In this document: piece by piece, positions 30,851-40,068 of the stretch
How positions within the stretch are numbered: the first letter of the stretch is position 1
Layout of the letters: the number at the start of each line of letters is the position of its first letter
Virus record (IMG/VR): IMGVR_UViG_3300028327_000658
Origin: an uncultured virus (IMG/VR IMGVR_UViG_3300028327_000658)
Lineage: Duplodnaviria > Heunggongvirae > Uroviricota > Caudoviricetes
Direction: 5' to 3' (one strand)
DNA length: 64,000 nucleotides
Position numbers and translations under genes: made by a program
Notes under the pieces: generated by a model
The model's input: the letters and a program-made list of their open reading frames with translations, nothing else
The model's database searches: none
Told to the model about the DNA's origin: nothing

Positions 30851-31160
30851 ACCCTATTACACCCTCAAACTGTTGCACCAACATAAAAGCCACACACCCC
30901 CTGACAAATTTTTCAAGCATTCCGAACCCGGTTGCACCTAATAATTCCCTATTCTCCATAGCTAACGTTTTAACATCATCCACCCGACGATTCAACCAAC
31001 TTAGGTTTAAAGCTCCTATTCTAAGGCCATCCAATTCCTTAATGATCTTTATATCTAATCCCAAGTCAAAATCTTCTATTATACCCTCCAATTTCGTCAA
31101 AAAAACATCCACCGCCTCTTTTTCCACTATCTGAAACCCCGTGCTTTCGCTCATAATCAC
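30834..31160 (-). CDS. Hypothetical protein
   Basis: Overlaps both neighbours in the same gene run. Confidence 0.5.
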   Translation of the reverse strand: MIMSESTGFQIVEKEAVDVFLTKLEGIIEDFDLGLDIKIIKELDGLRIGALNLSWLNRRVDDVKTLAMENRELLGATGFGMLEKFVRGCVAFMLVQQFEGVIGYDDKQ

Positions 31161-31363
31161 GCCTCTTTCCGTTTTCTTTTCTTTTTCTTACTTGATTTAG
31201 CCTTCACTCTACGTTCCAAATCCGACTGCACCCGCAACCCCATCGCAACAATACGTTCTTTGGATTCGCCGGACACCCGCCCCAGCAACCGATGTATCAA
31301 TCCGAAAAACAATATCGACATCGCGACAAACAATAACGACCAGATCATCAGATCGCTCTCCAA
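31157..31363 (-). CDS. Small membrane protein with basic tail
   Basis: One TM, Lys/Arg-rich C-terminus, overlapping neighbours. Confidence 0.45.
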   Translation of the reverse strand: MESDLMIWSLLFVAMSILFFGLIHRLLGRVSGESKERIVAMGLRVQSDLERRVKAKSSKKKKRKRKEA

Positions 31364-31665
31364 ATTTTCAGCTGCTCCCGTTGAAAATATTTCACGGGTA
31401 CACTGATTGTAAAACCCTTATGCACACCTAATTGCATTATAGCCTCATCGTCAATCGCCGCCTCAGCCGACAGCGGTCCCCAAAATACCATATCACGAAC
31501 ACCAGGCCATATTTCAATCTCCCACACCGAACCTAAATCTTCCGTCCCTAAAAACATAACTATATCGCCGACACGGATTTCCTTGCCGTCGCAATCATAA
31601 TACTTCGGCATTTCAGGCACATATTCTTCTTTCTTTTTTCCAAAAATTCCCCAATGGATCTTCAT
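31348..31665 (-). CDS. Hypothetical protein (SH3/YopX-like start)
   Basis: YDCDGKEIRVGDIV motif; SD AGGGG upstream. Confidence 0.5.
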   Translation of the reverse strand: MKIHWGIFGKKKEEYVPEMPKYYDCDGKEIRVGDIVMFLGTEDLGSVWEIEIWPGVRDMVFWGPLSAEAAIDDEAIMQLGVHKGFTISVPVKYFQREQLKIWRAI

Positions 31666-31686
31666 TTGACACCCCTATCGCCAAGA

Positions 31687-34209
31687 TCAATTAAACACAT
31701 ACTCCACCTTTTTTGACTCGCAATTCAACCGCAACCGCGCCGGAAAAACCTTTCCGCCCTTTTTGACCGACACAAACCCATCTATCTTATCCCGCGTCTC
31801 CCCGCTCAAAAACAGTTCCCTCACCACCGCCTCGGTCACATTCGGACTTCCGTTTTTATATATAACAAACCCGCACTTCGCCCTCTCACCGCAACACGCA
31901 AATCCGCTGTCGTTTTCCACCATAGGCGAACCGCAAAATTTACATTTCAAATCCAGCTTCTTTACCTCTCCCCCGACAGCCGACTCCAACTTACCGCTCT
32001 TATCATCCAAATACACCATTATATCATACTTTTTACCGGCCTTGCTTACCAAACCGGATACTTTCACCTGTTCGCCGCGAAACAGCTTCTCTAACATTTT
32101 TCTGTTGACCGCGTTATCTTTACCCCTAAACTTTTTATATACAATAAACTCACAGCCGCTATAATCATACGTCCCTTGCTCATTCTTCACACTCTTACGG
32201 TTTTCACAAACAAAGACACTCTCCGTCTCGAATATCGCCCCGCCGCACTTCCGGCATTTCAATCCCGTGTCTTCACCGCGTTTTTCGGCCCACGGCCACA
32301 CCACCTTGCCGACCAGCGGCCGCATATCTTCCGTAAATTCTTTGCAAAACGCTCCAAATCCACGGCAAAATTCCTCCAAACTAAGCTCGCCGCACTCGAC
32401 CAATTTCAGCTGTAACTCCATTTCCGCTGTAATTTCCGGTGTTTTCAGCTTAAACGGCATCACCTCTTCGATCAGTTTACGCCCTTTTTCCGTTGACCGA
32501 TAGCTGCCGTCTTCTTCGACGATATATCCGACATCTTTGAGCGTGTCAGGGAACGACGACTGCGTCGCCGGTGTCCCTATGCCTTGCGTTTCCGACAGCA
32601 TCTTCTTATATTTCGGGTTAATCACATCCTTGCCGCATTTCTGCATGGCCGTCACCAGCGTCGCTCCGATATAATATTTCGGCTTCGAACGCTTAATTCT
32701 CGGTAAATCCATATCATCTAACCCCGCCAGCAAACCACGTAACTTTTCCTCGTTCAGCCGTTCCGACATCTCCTCCACTGCTTCGCCTTGCTCGTCGCTT
32801 TCTTCTTCTTGTTTCAATCCGCGCGTCTGTAACAACGCGACATAATCCAAATACCCGCGCTCCAAATTCACCTTGACAGATGCCCGGAAAACTGCCGGTT
32901 CCGCCCATTCTATCGCCGCCGGCTCCCCCGCTCTATCCTCTTCTATCTCCAATTTATATTGCAAATACCGATTCGACGCCATGAACGACACTATCAATCG
33001 ATTTTTAATCAATTCGTACAAATTCAAGTGATCCTTTGTAAATTCCTCTTTTTTAGCACTCTTCAACGCCTCAACCGACACACCGGTCGGCGCTATCGCC
33101 GTATGCGCGGACTCCGTATTTTTCACACAATCCGGTTTCACCGTTTCAGCCACCAAATACTTCCGTTGGTCAGCGTCCGCCAGCTCCCGCACCAAACCGT
33201 GATATATCGCCAAATCGCTCTCAGGCATACACGATGAATCTGTCCTCGGATAAGTCACAAGTTTCCACTCGTACAAATCCTGCAACAACGCATCCGTCTT
33301 TTTCAACGGGAGTTTCAACTCCTTATTCGCCGCTTTCTGCAAATCGGCTATATTAAACGGATGCGGAGGATTCTTTATTCCCTCGGCTTCCGAAAATTCC
33401 TTCAACTTAAACTTCCTGCCCTCCAGCATTTTCAACACCGACTGCAAATCAGACTCGCTTTCAAACTTCGTTTCCTTGCCCCGACAGTACAAAAACTTTA
33501 TCCCTGCCCACTTCCCGCGCAACTGATAATAAAACGATTCCTTATATCCCTCCACCTCCTTATCCCGATCAACTATCATCCGCAACACCGTCGTCTGCAC
33601 ACGGCCGACGGATAATCCGTACTCCCCGGTCACGGCGGCTGCCGCCCGACTGCCTGTCATACCGACTTCCCAATCCGCCAACGTACGGCCGGTACACGCA
33701 TCCGCCAGATTTTTGTACTCAGACAAATCTTTCATGGACGACCAGCTCTTATCCAAATCGCTGTCAGTCAAACTCTTGGCCCACAGCCGCAACATCTTAG
33801 GCCGCTCCATTTTGTAAAAACCGAATAACCTCGAAAATATCCCTTGACCCTCGCGGTCGGGGTCAGTCGCGCAAATGACTGTGTCGCACTGACTCGCCAA
33901 TTCACATATTAAATGGCCGCGATCTTCTTTGGATTTATCCGTAAATTTATACGGCAACCTGCTCAAATCTTCCAGCAATATAGGCAAATACTTAAATCCC
34001 GTACCCTTTTCTCTATACTTCTTGTCATAGTCGCCAGGCAACGGTAAACCAAGCAAATGCCCGAAACACCACGTTATATAGTAGTTCGCCGACTCGAAAT
34101 ATCCCGACTTCTTCGCAAACTTCTCGCCGCCGACGTTACGCTCCACCATTTGCACGTAAATCTCGGCCTGAGAGGGCTTTTCAGCCACTAATAACGTTTT
34201 TCCTGACAT
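31687..34209 (-). CDS. topB: DNA topoisomerase III (type IA) with C-terminal zinc-ribbon repeats
   Basis: AEKPS, TWCFGHLL, ATDPDREG, SVGRVQT, catalytic LVTYPRTDS, GIGTPAT. Confidence 0.96.
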   Translation of the reverse strand: MSGKTLLVAEKPSQAEIYVQMVERNVGGEKFAKKSGYFESANYYITWCFGHLLGLPLPGDYDKKYREKGTGFKYLPILLEDLSRLPYKFTDKSKEDRGHLICELASQCDTVICATDPDREGQGIFSRLFGFYKMERPKMLRLWAKSLTDSDLDKSWSSMKDLSEYKNLADACTGRTLADWEVGMTGSRAAAAVTGEYGLSVGRVQTTVLRMIVDRDKEVEGYKESFYYQLRGKWAGIKFLYCRGKETKFESESDLQSVLKMLEGRKFKLKEFSEAEGIKNPPHPFNIADLQKAANKELKLPLKKTDALLQDLYEWKLVTYPRTDSSCMPESDLAIYHGLVRELADADQRKYLVAETVKPDCVKNTESAHTAIAPTGVSVEALKSAKKEEFTKDHLNLYELIKNRLIVSFMASNRYLQYKLEIEEDRAGEPAAIEWAEPAVFRASVKVNLERGYLDYVALLQTRGLKQEEESDEQGEAVEEMSERLNEEKLRGLLAGLDDMDLPRIKRSKPKYYIGATLVTAMQKCGKDVINPKYKKMLSETQGIGTPATQSSFPDTLKDVGYIVEEDGSYRSTEKGRKLIEEVMPFKLKTPEITAEMELQLKLVECGELSLEEFCRGFGAFCKEFTEDMRPLVGKVVWPWAEKRGEDTGLKCRKCGGAIFETESVFVCENRKSVKNEQGTYDYSGCEFIVYKKFRGKDNAVNRKMLEKLFRGEQVKVSGLVSKAGKKYDIMVYLDDKSGKLESAVGGEVKKLDLKCKFCGSPMVENDSGFACCGERAKCGFVIYKNGSPNVTEAVVRELFLSGETRDKIDGFVSVKKGGKVFPARLRLNCESKKVEYVFN
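32811..32841 (-). repeat. Solitary type I-C CRISPR-repeat-like element inside topB
   Basis: GTCGCGTTGTTACAGACGCGCGGATTGAAAC; 26/31 identical to the 27183 copy, with the same GATTAT 5' flank; reads VALLQTRGLK. Confidence 0.6.
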
Positions 34210-34242
34210 TCCTCTACCTCTACTAAGTTAAAGTGTTCTATC

Positions 34243-34314
34243 AAAAAAAATGCCCGATTCACCCCTCCAAAACAACAAATATTCATACTGTTTTGATGGG
34301 ATTTAAACGGACAT
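34243..34314 (-). terminator. Long imperfect hairpin plus U8 just upstream of topB
   Basis: Minus strand ATGTCCG..CCCATCAAAACA..TGTTTTGGAGGG..CGGGCAT followed by a T run. Confidence 0.45.
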
Positions 34315-34622
34315 GCCAATAGTTTTCTAAAAGATTATTGACAGAATTAAATGTAGCAAAAAAAACGATCCTTTTTTATTACCATAGGGAAAAAGGGGGA
34401 ATACGTCGTTTTTACACGATTGGGCGGTGTTTGAGATGTACTGATAGGTGTGTAAATTATAGGATCGTTTTAATTAACCAATTTTGCAGACTGTTCCGAA
34501 AACCGGATAACCCTGCCGGCAAGTAGGATTTAGCCGACCGCACGGGCCCGCTTTGAGGCTCCGCGATCGGCCCGCGAAAAACGGCGGCGGTTGTCGATTC
34601 CTTCATGATTCCTCCTGCGCCG

Positions 34623-34808
34623 TCAGGCGGCGCTTATAACTCGTTTGCCCCGGCCGCCCCTTACACGGCCGCCTTTTTCACGGATCCACGTCGTGACCAG
34701 CGTTGACATATGCACCCCCTCGGCCGTCGCTATGCTCTTCAACAACGCCGCGTCGGCGGGCAGCAGACGCACCACGACTTGCTTCTTTTCGGGCAACTTC
34801 AAGGCCAT
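34623..34808 (-). CDS. Ribbon-helix-helix (CopG-like) regulator
   Basis: KKQVVVRLLPADAALLKSIATAEGVHMSTLVTTWIREK; start set at ATG 34808, downstream of its promoter. Confidence 0.7.
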   Translation of the reverse strand: MALKLPEKKQVVVRLLPADAALLKSIATAEGVHMSTLVTTWIREKGGRVRGGRGKRVISAA

Positions 34809-34859
34809 CCCCCGTCTCAATTTACGCAATAACATACTATATAACTCGCCTAATAGCTC

Positions 34860-34888
34860 AATATAACATCTTTCCGCCGCGAATGCAA
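34860..34888 (-). promoter_or_regulatory. Sigma70-like promoter
   Basis: TTGCAT-17-TATATT with extended -10 TG. Confidence 0.6.
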
Positions 34889-34940
34889 GAAAAATTTTAT
34901 TTTTTTTCGGACCACCCAAAAAACACCCCGCCGAACCCGC

Positions 34941-35360
34941 CTAACGGCCCGATCCCGTTTTAGTGACCCATTCATGCACCATCAACGGAAAAAATCGCGA
35001 CAACGCCCCGAAATAACGCTTCCCTATATCCAAAACATACCTATAATCCTGCAAATACATACGGACTCCGTACGTCTCGACTTTCATATCGCGATGACGG
35101 TCAAGCGCGTTCGACCACATAAACCCCAAATGCGCCTCCGCGTCCCCGCCGCTTTCCAGCATCCGCCGCCAATCCGACACGACGCGATGCCACATATCCG
35201 GGCCCTTCACGTTCCATCCGGCGCAACGCGCCAACACCGCCTTGTAATCTTCCTTCCCGACGTTAATCCGACGCGCGACCTTCGACTTGCCCCCGTCAAT
35301 ATCCGACAGGCGGTCTTCATAATCAACTATTACTGGCATGGCTCCCTCCGCACTGCGCAT
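34941..35360 (-). CDS. Hypothetical protein
   Basis: 139-aa ORF; SD GGAGG before the alternative start MPVIVD. Confidence 0.5.
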   Translation of the reverse strand: MRSAEGAMPVIVDYEDRLSDIDGGKSKVARRINVGKEDYKAVLARCAGWNVKGPDMWHRVVSDWRRMLESGGDAEAHLGFMWSNALDRHRDMKVETYGVRMYLQDYRYVLDIGKRYFGALSRFFPLMVHEWVTKTGSGR

Positions 35361-35371
35361 TTATAAACAAA

Positions 35372-35406
35372 AAGCCGGGAAAGGCTTTTTATGCCCCTCC
35401 CGGCTT
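35372..35406 (-). terminator. Intrinsic terminator
   Basis: AAGCCGGGA...TCCCGGCTT stem followed by a T-rich run on the minus strand, downstream of the 35459 gene. Confidence 0.65.
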
Positions 35407-35458
35407 ATAATATATATATTATACCGCGCAAAAACAACTTTTAACGCCTACGCCGCCC

Positions 35459-37537
35459 TTAAAACGGCACCCCGTCGTCGGCGACGTCAGGCCCAGGACG
35501 CTCTTTTTGACGCTCCATATCCTTCCCAGCCTCCACAGCTTTAACCGGATCCCGACCGTAACCGTCGTGTTTCGCCAGTTCCTTATGCACCTGCACCAGT
35601 TGCGTGTCCATAGAATACGCTTTGTACGCCCCAACCATGCTGGTTATCTTGCTCATGTCCTTCTCGCCGAAACGAGGCACCCCGTCCAACACGCGCACCG
35701 CAGGTATGCCGACAGGTTTCATCTCCGGCACAAGCTCTCCGTCCCCGTTCTTCGTGTAAACCGGATCGCCCTTGACATCCAAACGCGCTTCCATCTTATA
35801 CTCCGCAGGGGTGAACGTATACTCGCCCGTCTTGTAATCAACCACGTTCTTCTCAGGCTTGATCTCTACGCAGTTGTCCACGATTATCTCGCGCATCTGC
35901 GGAACCCTGTTGCCCAGCTCGCGAATCCCCGTCGCTTTATTAACGTCGAACGTCCTTACTTCCAACGTGTCGGGATCCACGTTCAGCCCGCCCTTCGCCA
36001 ATTGCAGCACGTCTTTACGCGCGGCCCAATCCGCCTTTTGGCCGGGCTCAACCTTCGGCAGCACCCCGGCCGCCTCCAACGCCGCGTAACGGTCCTTGTC
36101 CGACGCGAAATCCCGCCCGGTTTCGCCGCGCTTCAATATCCCGTCCTGCCGATCTTTAGGCAAACCGTAATACTTCTCCAGCGCGGCGGCCACTTCGGGC
36201 GAATGCGCTTTGCGCCACTCAACCTCCATTTTAACCTTGCCGTCCTCGCCCCGCAGCGCGTTCCCTTCCGCGTCTTTAGCCACAACATACGCCGGACGCT
36301 GAACCTTCTTCGAGTCCGTCAACGTGCGCGGTATCTCCGCTTTATACTCCTTGCCTTCCTTATCGAACACCGTCCGGCTGTCGTACGTCACAGCCCGCAA
36401 CGTCACTTCGGCGCGGTTCAAGTCGTATATCATGTCCCCGTGCTCGTTCTGCGGCAAAAACACTCGCATCATCACGGCCGACTTCAGCCCGACCGCCGTA
36501 TTCTTGTCCGTCACTCCCGCCAGCATCGTATTCTGCTGCGAATAAATATTCGCCTGCGCCTCGGCCTTCGTCATAGGAACGCGCTCCCGAACGTTCTTGC
36601 CGTCCTCGCCCACTATAGGATTCCCGGACCCGTCCAGCTTCGTCACAAGCTTCATCGACTTCGTCGGTTCGTTCGATGTGGACAGCGTAACCTTGTTCTC
36701 CTTATACGACTGACCCTTGCTCACCATCTTGCTTGCCAGCGCAAGAATGCCCTTCACCGTCTTCGATTTATACACATTCAACTCCGACACGTTCCCCGCA
36801 CGCTTATCCAACCCTTTCTCCAGCGTCTCCAAACGCCCCGGCGACAACGCCACTCCTTGATCTTTCGCAAGCCGCTCGATATCCTCCAGCTTCATACCCG
36901 ACACGTCGAAATTCGACGACGCGATCTCGGCCAGGCTCATCGACGAACCCTTAAACGGACGGCCGGGCAGCGGCGTAAACTCCGCCGCCTTGCCCCGGCC
37001 CGCAGACGCTTGTTCCGGCTCAGGCTCCGCCGACTCGACTTCCGGCGACGGCTCGTCAACAACCCCGAATTCATCGGACAGCTCTTCAAATTCGTCAGGC
37101 AGCGTCTGTTCGGATTCCGCCTCCGGCTTCACCGCATGTTCTACCGCGCTCTTCGTTTTACGACCCGCCATAACCGCCTCCTTCTGGTTGGTTTTATCGC
37201 TCAAGGTCTTATCGACCGTTTTCTCCTTCTTAAAATCATCAATCATCTTATTCGCCGCAAAAGCGAACTGTTGCATCTTATCAGCCTCATATTCAAGCCG
37301 CCCTTCAAAATCATCTTCATAACCGCTGTAAGCGTCCATTTTAAAACTCTTATCCAAAAACTTCTGAGCGACCGTCCTGGAATCAACCCCCGTCTCGGAA
37401 GCAATCCTGTCTATATAAAACAAAACGCTGCCGTACGGATCAAACCGCGCGCTCGCGCCGAGACGTTTGAACTTGTTACGAAGAGCGTCGTCGGTCTCGT
37501 AATCGAGGCCGAGTTTCCTATCGTCAATCCGCGCCAT
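35459..37537 (-). CDS. Hypothetical protein (~690 aa) with SSB-like acidic tip DDGVPF
   Basis: Strong codon bias; SD before ATG 37537 and a second strong SD (AAGGAGG) before in-frame ATG 37171. Confidence 0.8.
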   Translation of the reverse strand: MARIDDRKLGLDYETDDALRNKFKRLGASARFDPYGSVLFYIDRIASETGVDSRTVAQKFLDKSFKMDAYSGYEDDFEGRLEYEADKMQQFAFAANKMIDDFKKEKTVDKTLSDKTNQKEAVMAGRKTKSAVEHAVKPEAESEQTLPDEFEELSDEFGVVDEPSPEVESAEPEPEQASAGRGKAAEFTPLPGRPFKGSSMSLAEIASSNFDVSGMKLEDIERLAKDQGVALSPGRLETLEKGLDKRAGNVSELNVYKSKTVKGILALASKMVSKGQSYKENKVTLSTSNEPTKSMKLVTKLDGSGNPIVGEDGKNVRERVPMTKAEAQANIYSQQNTMLAGVTDKNTAVGLKSAVMMRVFLPQNEHGDMIYDLNRAEVTLRAVTYDSRTVFDKEGKEYKAEIPRTLTDSKKVQRPAYVVAKDAEGNALRGEDGKVKMEVEWRKAHSPEVAAALEKYYGLPKDRQDGILKRGETGRDFASDKDRYAALEAAGVLPKVEPGQKADWAARKDVLQLAKGGLNVDPDTLEVRTFDVNKATGIRELGNRVPQMREIIVDNCVEIKPEKNVVDYKTGEYTFTPAEYKMEARLDVKGDPVYTKNGDGELVPEMKPVGIPAVRVLDGVPRFGEKDMSKITSMVGAYKAYSMDTQLVQVHKELAKHDGYGRDPVKAVEAGKDMERQKERPGPDVADDGVPF

Positions 37538-37608
37538 AACCGTCCCCTTTCGTTCTTTCAAACCTTTTTCGACCAGCGTTTTAAATCGGGTTCAAGATTA
37601 CATTAATC

Positions 37609-37661
37609 AATATAATATTTTTTTCGATTTTTTGCAACATTTTTGCAACATTTTTGCAACA
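37609..37661 (-). promoter_or_regulatory. Promoter with three tandem 11-bp repeats over the -35 box
   Basis: TTGCAA-17-TATATT; TTTTTGCAACA x3 at 37629-37661. Confidence 0.6.
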
Positions 37662-38154
37662 AACCCGTTTCTAAGCACGAAAACCGCGTTTTTGACCCTG
37701 TTTTGACCGCCTCTCACGCCGCCGAATCCGATGAAAACCGGCTCCGGGCGGTCTTCCCGCGCTTTCCTCGCGGCGTGATGCGCGTCTTCAGCCCTAATTT
37801 ATTTTTAATATTTTTTGGGGACGGGGACATTCCTGTCCCCGTAACGCCCGTTGGGTAGCTCGCCGCCGCCGGCGGCGAGATTCAGGTTTCTTAGTCTTAA
37901 TTATTACAGCAACAATCAGCAATAAAATTTTTCGGTACCCGATTCCCGCTCGCAAAGTACCATTTATCCTATGCGTCAACATAAACATGTTGACGCAAAT
38001 ACAGTCTACGAAAGAAAACCGTCCGCTTTCGATGCATTATCTTATTTTATCATAACGGCTGCCGCCACGGTTCCCTTTCGTGCGCCGGCCGTTGGCGGGG
38101 CGGGTTCACCGCCCTGCCCTCCCCTAAACTTTTTTAAAATAATTAAAAAAATAG

Positions 38155-38271
38155 TTGCTTTTTTAAGAAAAATATATTATATTATATATATGGGACGTGA
38201 AGAAAAAATATTAAAAAATACTGAAAAAAAATAAAAAAACTATTGACTTTTGAACAAAAATATATTATATT
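38155..38271 (+). promoter_or_regulatory. Two tandem sigma70-like promoters
   Basis: TTGCTT-17-TATATT (38155-38183) and TTGACT-17-TATATT (38243-38271). Confidence 0.7.
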
Positions 38272-38321
38272 ATATATAGAGGGTACGAAAAAGGCATCTT
38301 AAAAATAGGTCAGGCAAAAAG

Positions 38322-38528
38322 ATGAAAATAAGCAACGGATACGCGAATTACCCTGTTACCTGGCGGGAGTATGTAGCGGTAAAAATGGCCGACAACAACA
38401 AATCCGTTGAGGTGGTGGCGGCGGAGTCCGGTATTATGCCTCGGACGCTCCAAGCGTGGCTGGACGGCAAGCGCGAGATGGGCGATATGACGCTGGCGCG
38501 TATCTATGCGGCGATAAATAATCAATAA
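38322..38528 (+). CDS. Small XRE-like HTH protein
   Basis: SVEVVAAESGIMPRTLQAWLDGKREMG..TLARIYAA. Confidence 0.65.
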   Translation: MKISNGYANYPVTWREYVAVKMADNNKSVEVVAAESGIMPRTLQAWLDGKREMGDMTLARIYAAINNQ

Positions 38529-38553
38529 CCATAAACCGAATTGAGGCCGAAAA

Positions 38554-38832
38554 ATGAAAAGTATTGAAACGATCAAGAAGTTGGCCGACACCGATGCGGT
38601 GTTTGTCGCACTGGTAACGGCGCGTTATAACGCGGTGATGGAGGGACGGGATTTGAGAGAGGCCGCCAGATTGATTAAGGATGTATTGCATATGGATTTG
38701 GGGGCGGAATTAGAAGAAAAGTTCAATCTTAATCATAAGAAAAACGTTTCGACAGAGCGCGCGCTCGACGAAATTTACGGATATGTTTGGCAGGATGACG
38801 ATAAAGCGTTTCTTGTTTGCGGGCTGGGATGA
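38554..38832 (+). CDS. Small hypothetical protein
   Basis: 92 aa, SD GAGG, operon context. Confidence 0.55.
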   Translation: MKSIETIKKLADTDAVFVALVTARYNAVMEGRDLREAARLIKDVLHMDLGAELEEKFNLNHKKNVSTERALDEIYGYVWQDDDKAFLVCGLG

Positions 38833-38871
38833 TAAACCAACCGGGGCCGCTGCCCCAAAAGGACTAAAGCA

Positions 38872-39744
38872 ATGAACGAAATCAAAATTTTTGAGGATGA
38901 CCCCGAACTCGCCGATCCGTATTCAGGCCGAACGCAGCCGCAATACTGTACGCCGTACGAGGTATACGACCGCCTCCGCGAAATGCGCACCGCCGAGGAA
39001 AACGAGTTCTGGCAGCTGCTGCCGGACGACCTCGCCGAGCTTGCCGCCCAGGACGAAAACATGAGTCACGACATGAACCGTTCCCGGATGTACTACTACA
39101 GGGATAAAGCCGATGGAATCCTTGAATCCTTCAGCGACGACGATATACCGTATATGGCCCTCGCATTGCACCAGGCCGACGCCGGCAGAACTACGGGCTT
39201 TGATACGTCGGAGATTATCGCTACCCTGCTCAACAATAGCGAGGCCGCAAAAACGGTCGGGTTGAAGAGGTTGGTATGCGAGCATATCCTGAAAAACGAC
39301 CCCGCTAAAAAGAAGCGGTACGCCGAATTTATCGAAACTTTGCAGATTGAAGTAAACGACTGCGATAAACGGCAGGATTTCTGTTCTATTTTTGACGCTA
39401 TATTAAACACTATGAAAGCGTTGGGGTGGTTGGTGGAGCGTGACGGTATCAGCGATGCAGGACTGTTGAGACGCGACGTAAATACGCTTTTTTTTGTTTT
39501 GAGGGAGCGCGTATTAAAACTCGATCTCGGAAAATATCTTGTCGTTTTCGTCCAGGCCAGGGAACTTTGCCTGAATTTCGACAGATACGTCCGCGAACTC
39601 GGCGCGACCGTGCAGCTGAACTGCGACCTGAAAAAATTTTACGCCCAAAAAGAAGCCGTGCTGTTGGAACATTACAAGGCTAAAGAGGAGGCCATGCGCT
39701 TGGAATACGAAGCGAAGATCATGGCTCTGGGCAAAGCGGGGTAA
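38872..39744 (+). CDS. Hypothetical protein with acidic N-terminus
   Basis: 290 aa, SD AAGGA, coiled-coil C-terminus. Confidence 0.65.
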   Translation: MNEIKIFEDDPELADPYSGRTQPQYCTPYEVYDRLREMRTAEENEFWQLLPDDLAELAAQDENMSHDMNRSRMYYYRDKADGILESFSDDDIPYMALALHQADAGRTTGFDTSEIIATLLNNSEAAKTVGLKRLVCEHILKNDPAKKKRYAEFIETLQIEVNDCDKRQDFCSIFDAILNTMKALGWLVERDGISDAGLLRRDVNTLFFVLRERVLKLDLGKYLVVFVQARELCLNFDRYVRELGATVQLNCDLKKFYAQKEAVLLEHYKAKEEAMRLEYEAKIMALGKAG

Positions 39745-39803
39745 AACCGGCATCGGCCGTACAGATAATCAAGTTAAACATTTAACGCAGGAGGATGTAA
39801 CTG

Positions 39804-39983
39804 ATGACGGCGCGAATCATGGAAATTGTCCGCCCCCTTGATAATGAGGGCAATGAGCTGAACTACTATTATCGCGGGTGCGAAGTTTTTTATACCTGCC
39901 CTCATTGCGGTACTGAAATAGATGGGGGGTACATGGAGTGTTTTCGGTGTGGGTATAAACTGCCGGACGCTGCTCGAATTTAA
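39804..39983 (+). CDS. 59-aa zinc-ribbon protein (absent from the ORF track)
   Basis: SD AGGAGG; MTARIMEIV...YTCPHCGTEIDGGYMECFRCGYKLP. Confidence 0.7.
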   Translation: MTARIMEIVRPLDNEGNELNYYYRGCEVFYTCPHCGTEIDGGYMECFRCGYKLPDAARI

Positions 39984-40068
39984 ACCCGATTTGGGCGCAA
40001 CCCGCGCCCGAAATTATATTTAATAAGCCCCGTTAGGGGCGGAACCTAAAAAACAAAGGAGACTGGCA

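Noticed and set aside
32256..32285. GGATTGAAAT in topB
   Set aside because: Explained by common Gly-Leu-Lys codons; no 5' GTCG or stem.
35507..37606. 699-aa plus-strand ORF
   Set aside because: Antisense shadow of the strongly codon-biased minus-strand gene; atypical His/Arg-rich composition and no evident SD.
37821..37842. REP-like palindrome ACGGGGAC-ATTCCT-GTCCCCGT
   Set aside because: Single copy and no associated transposase seen; function cannot be supported.
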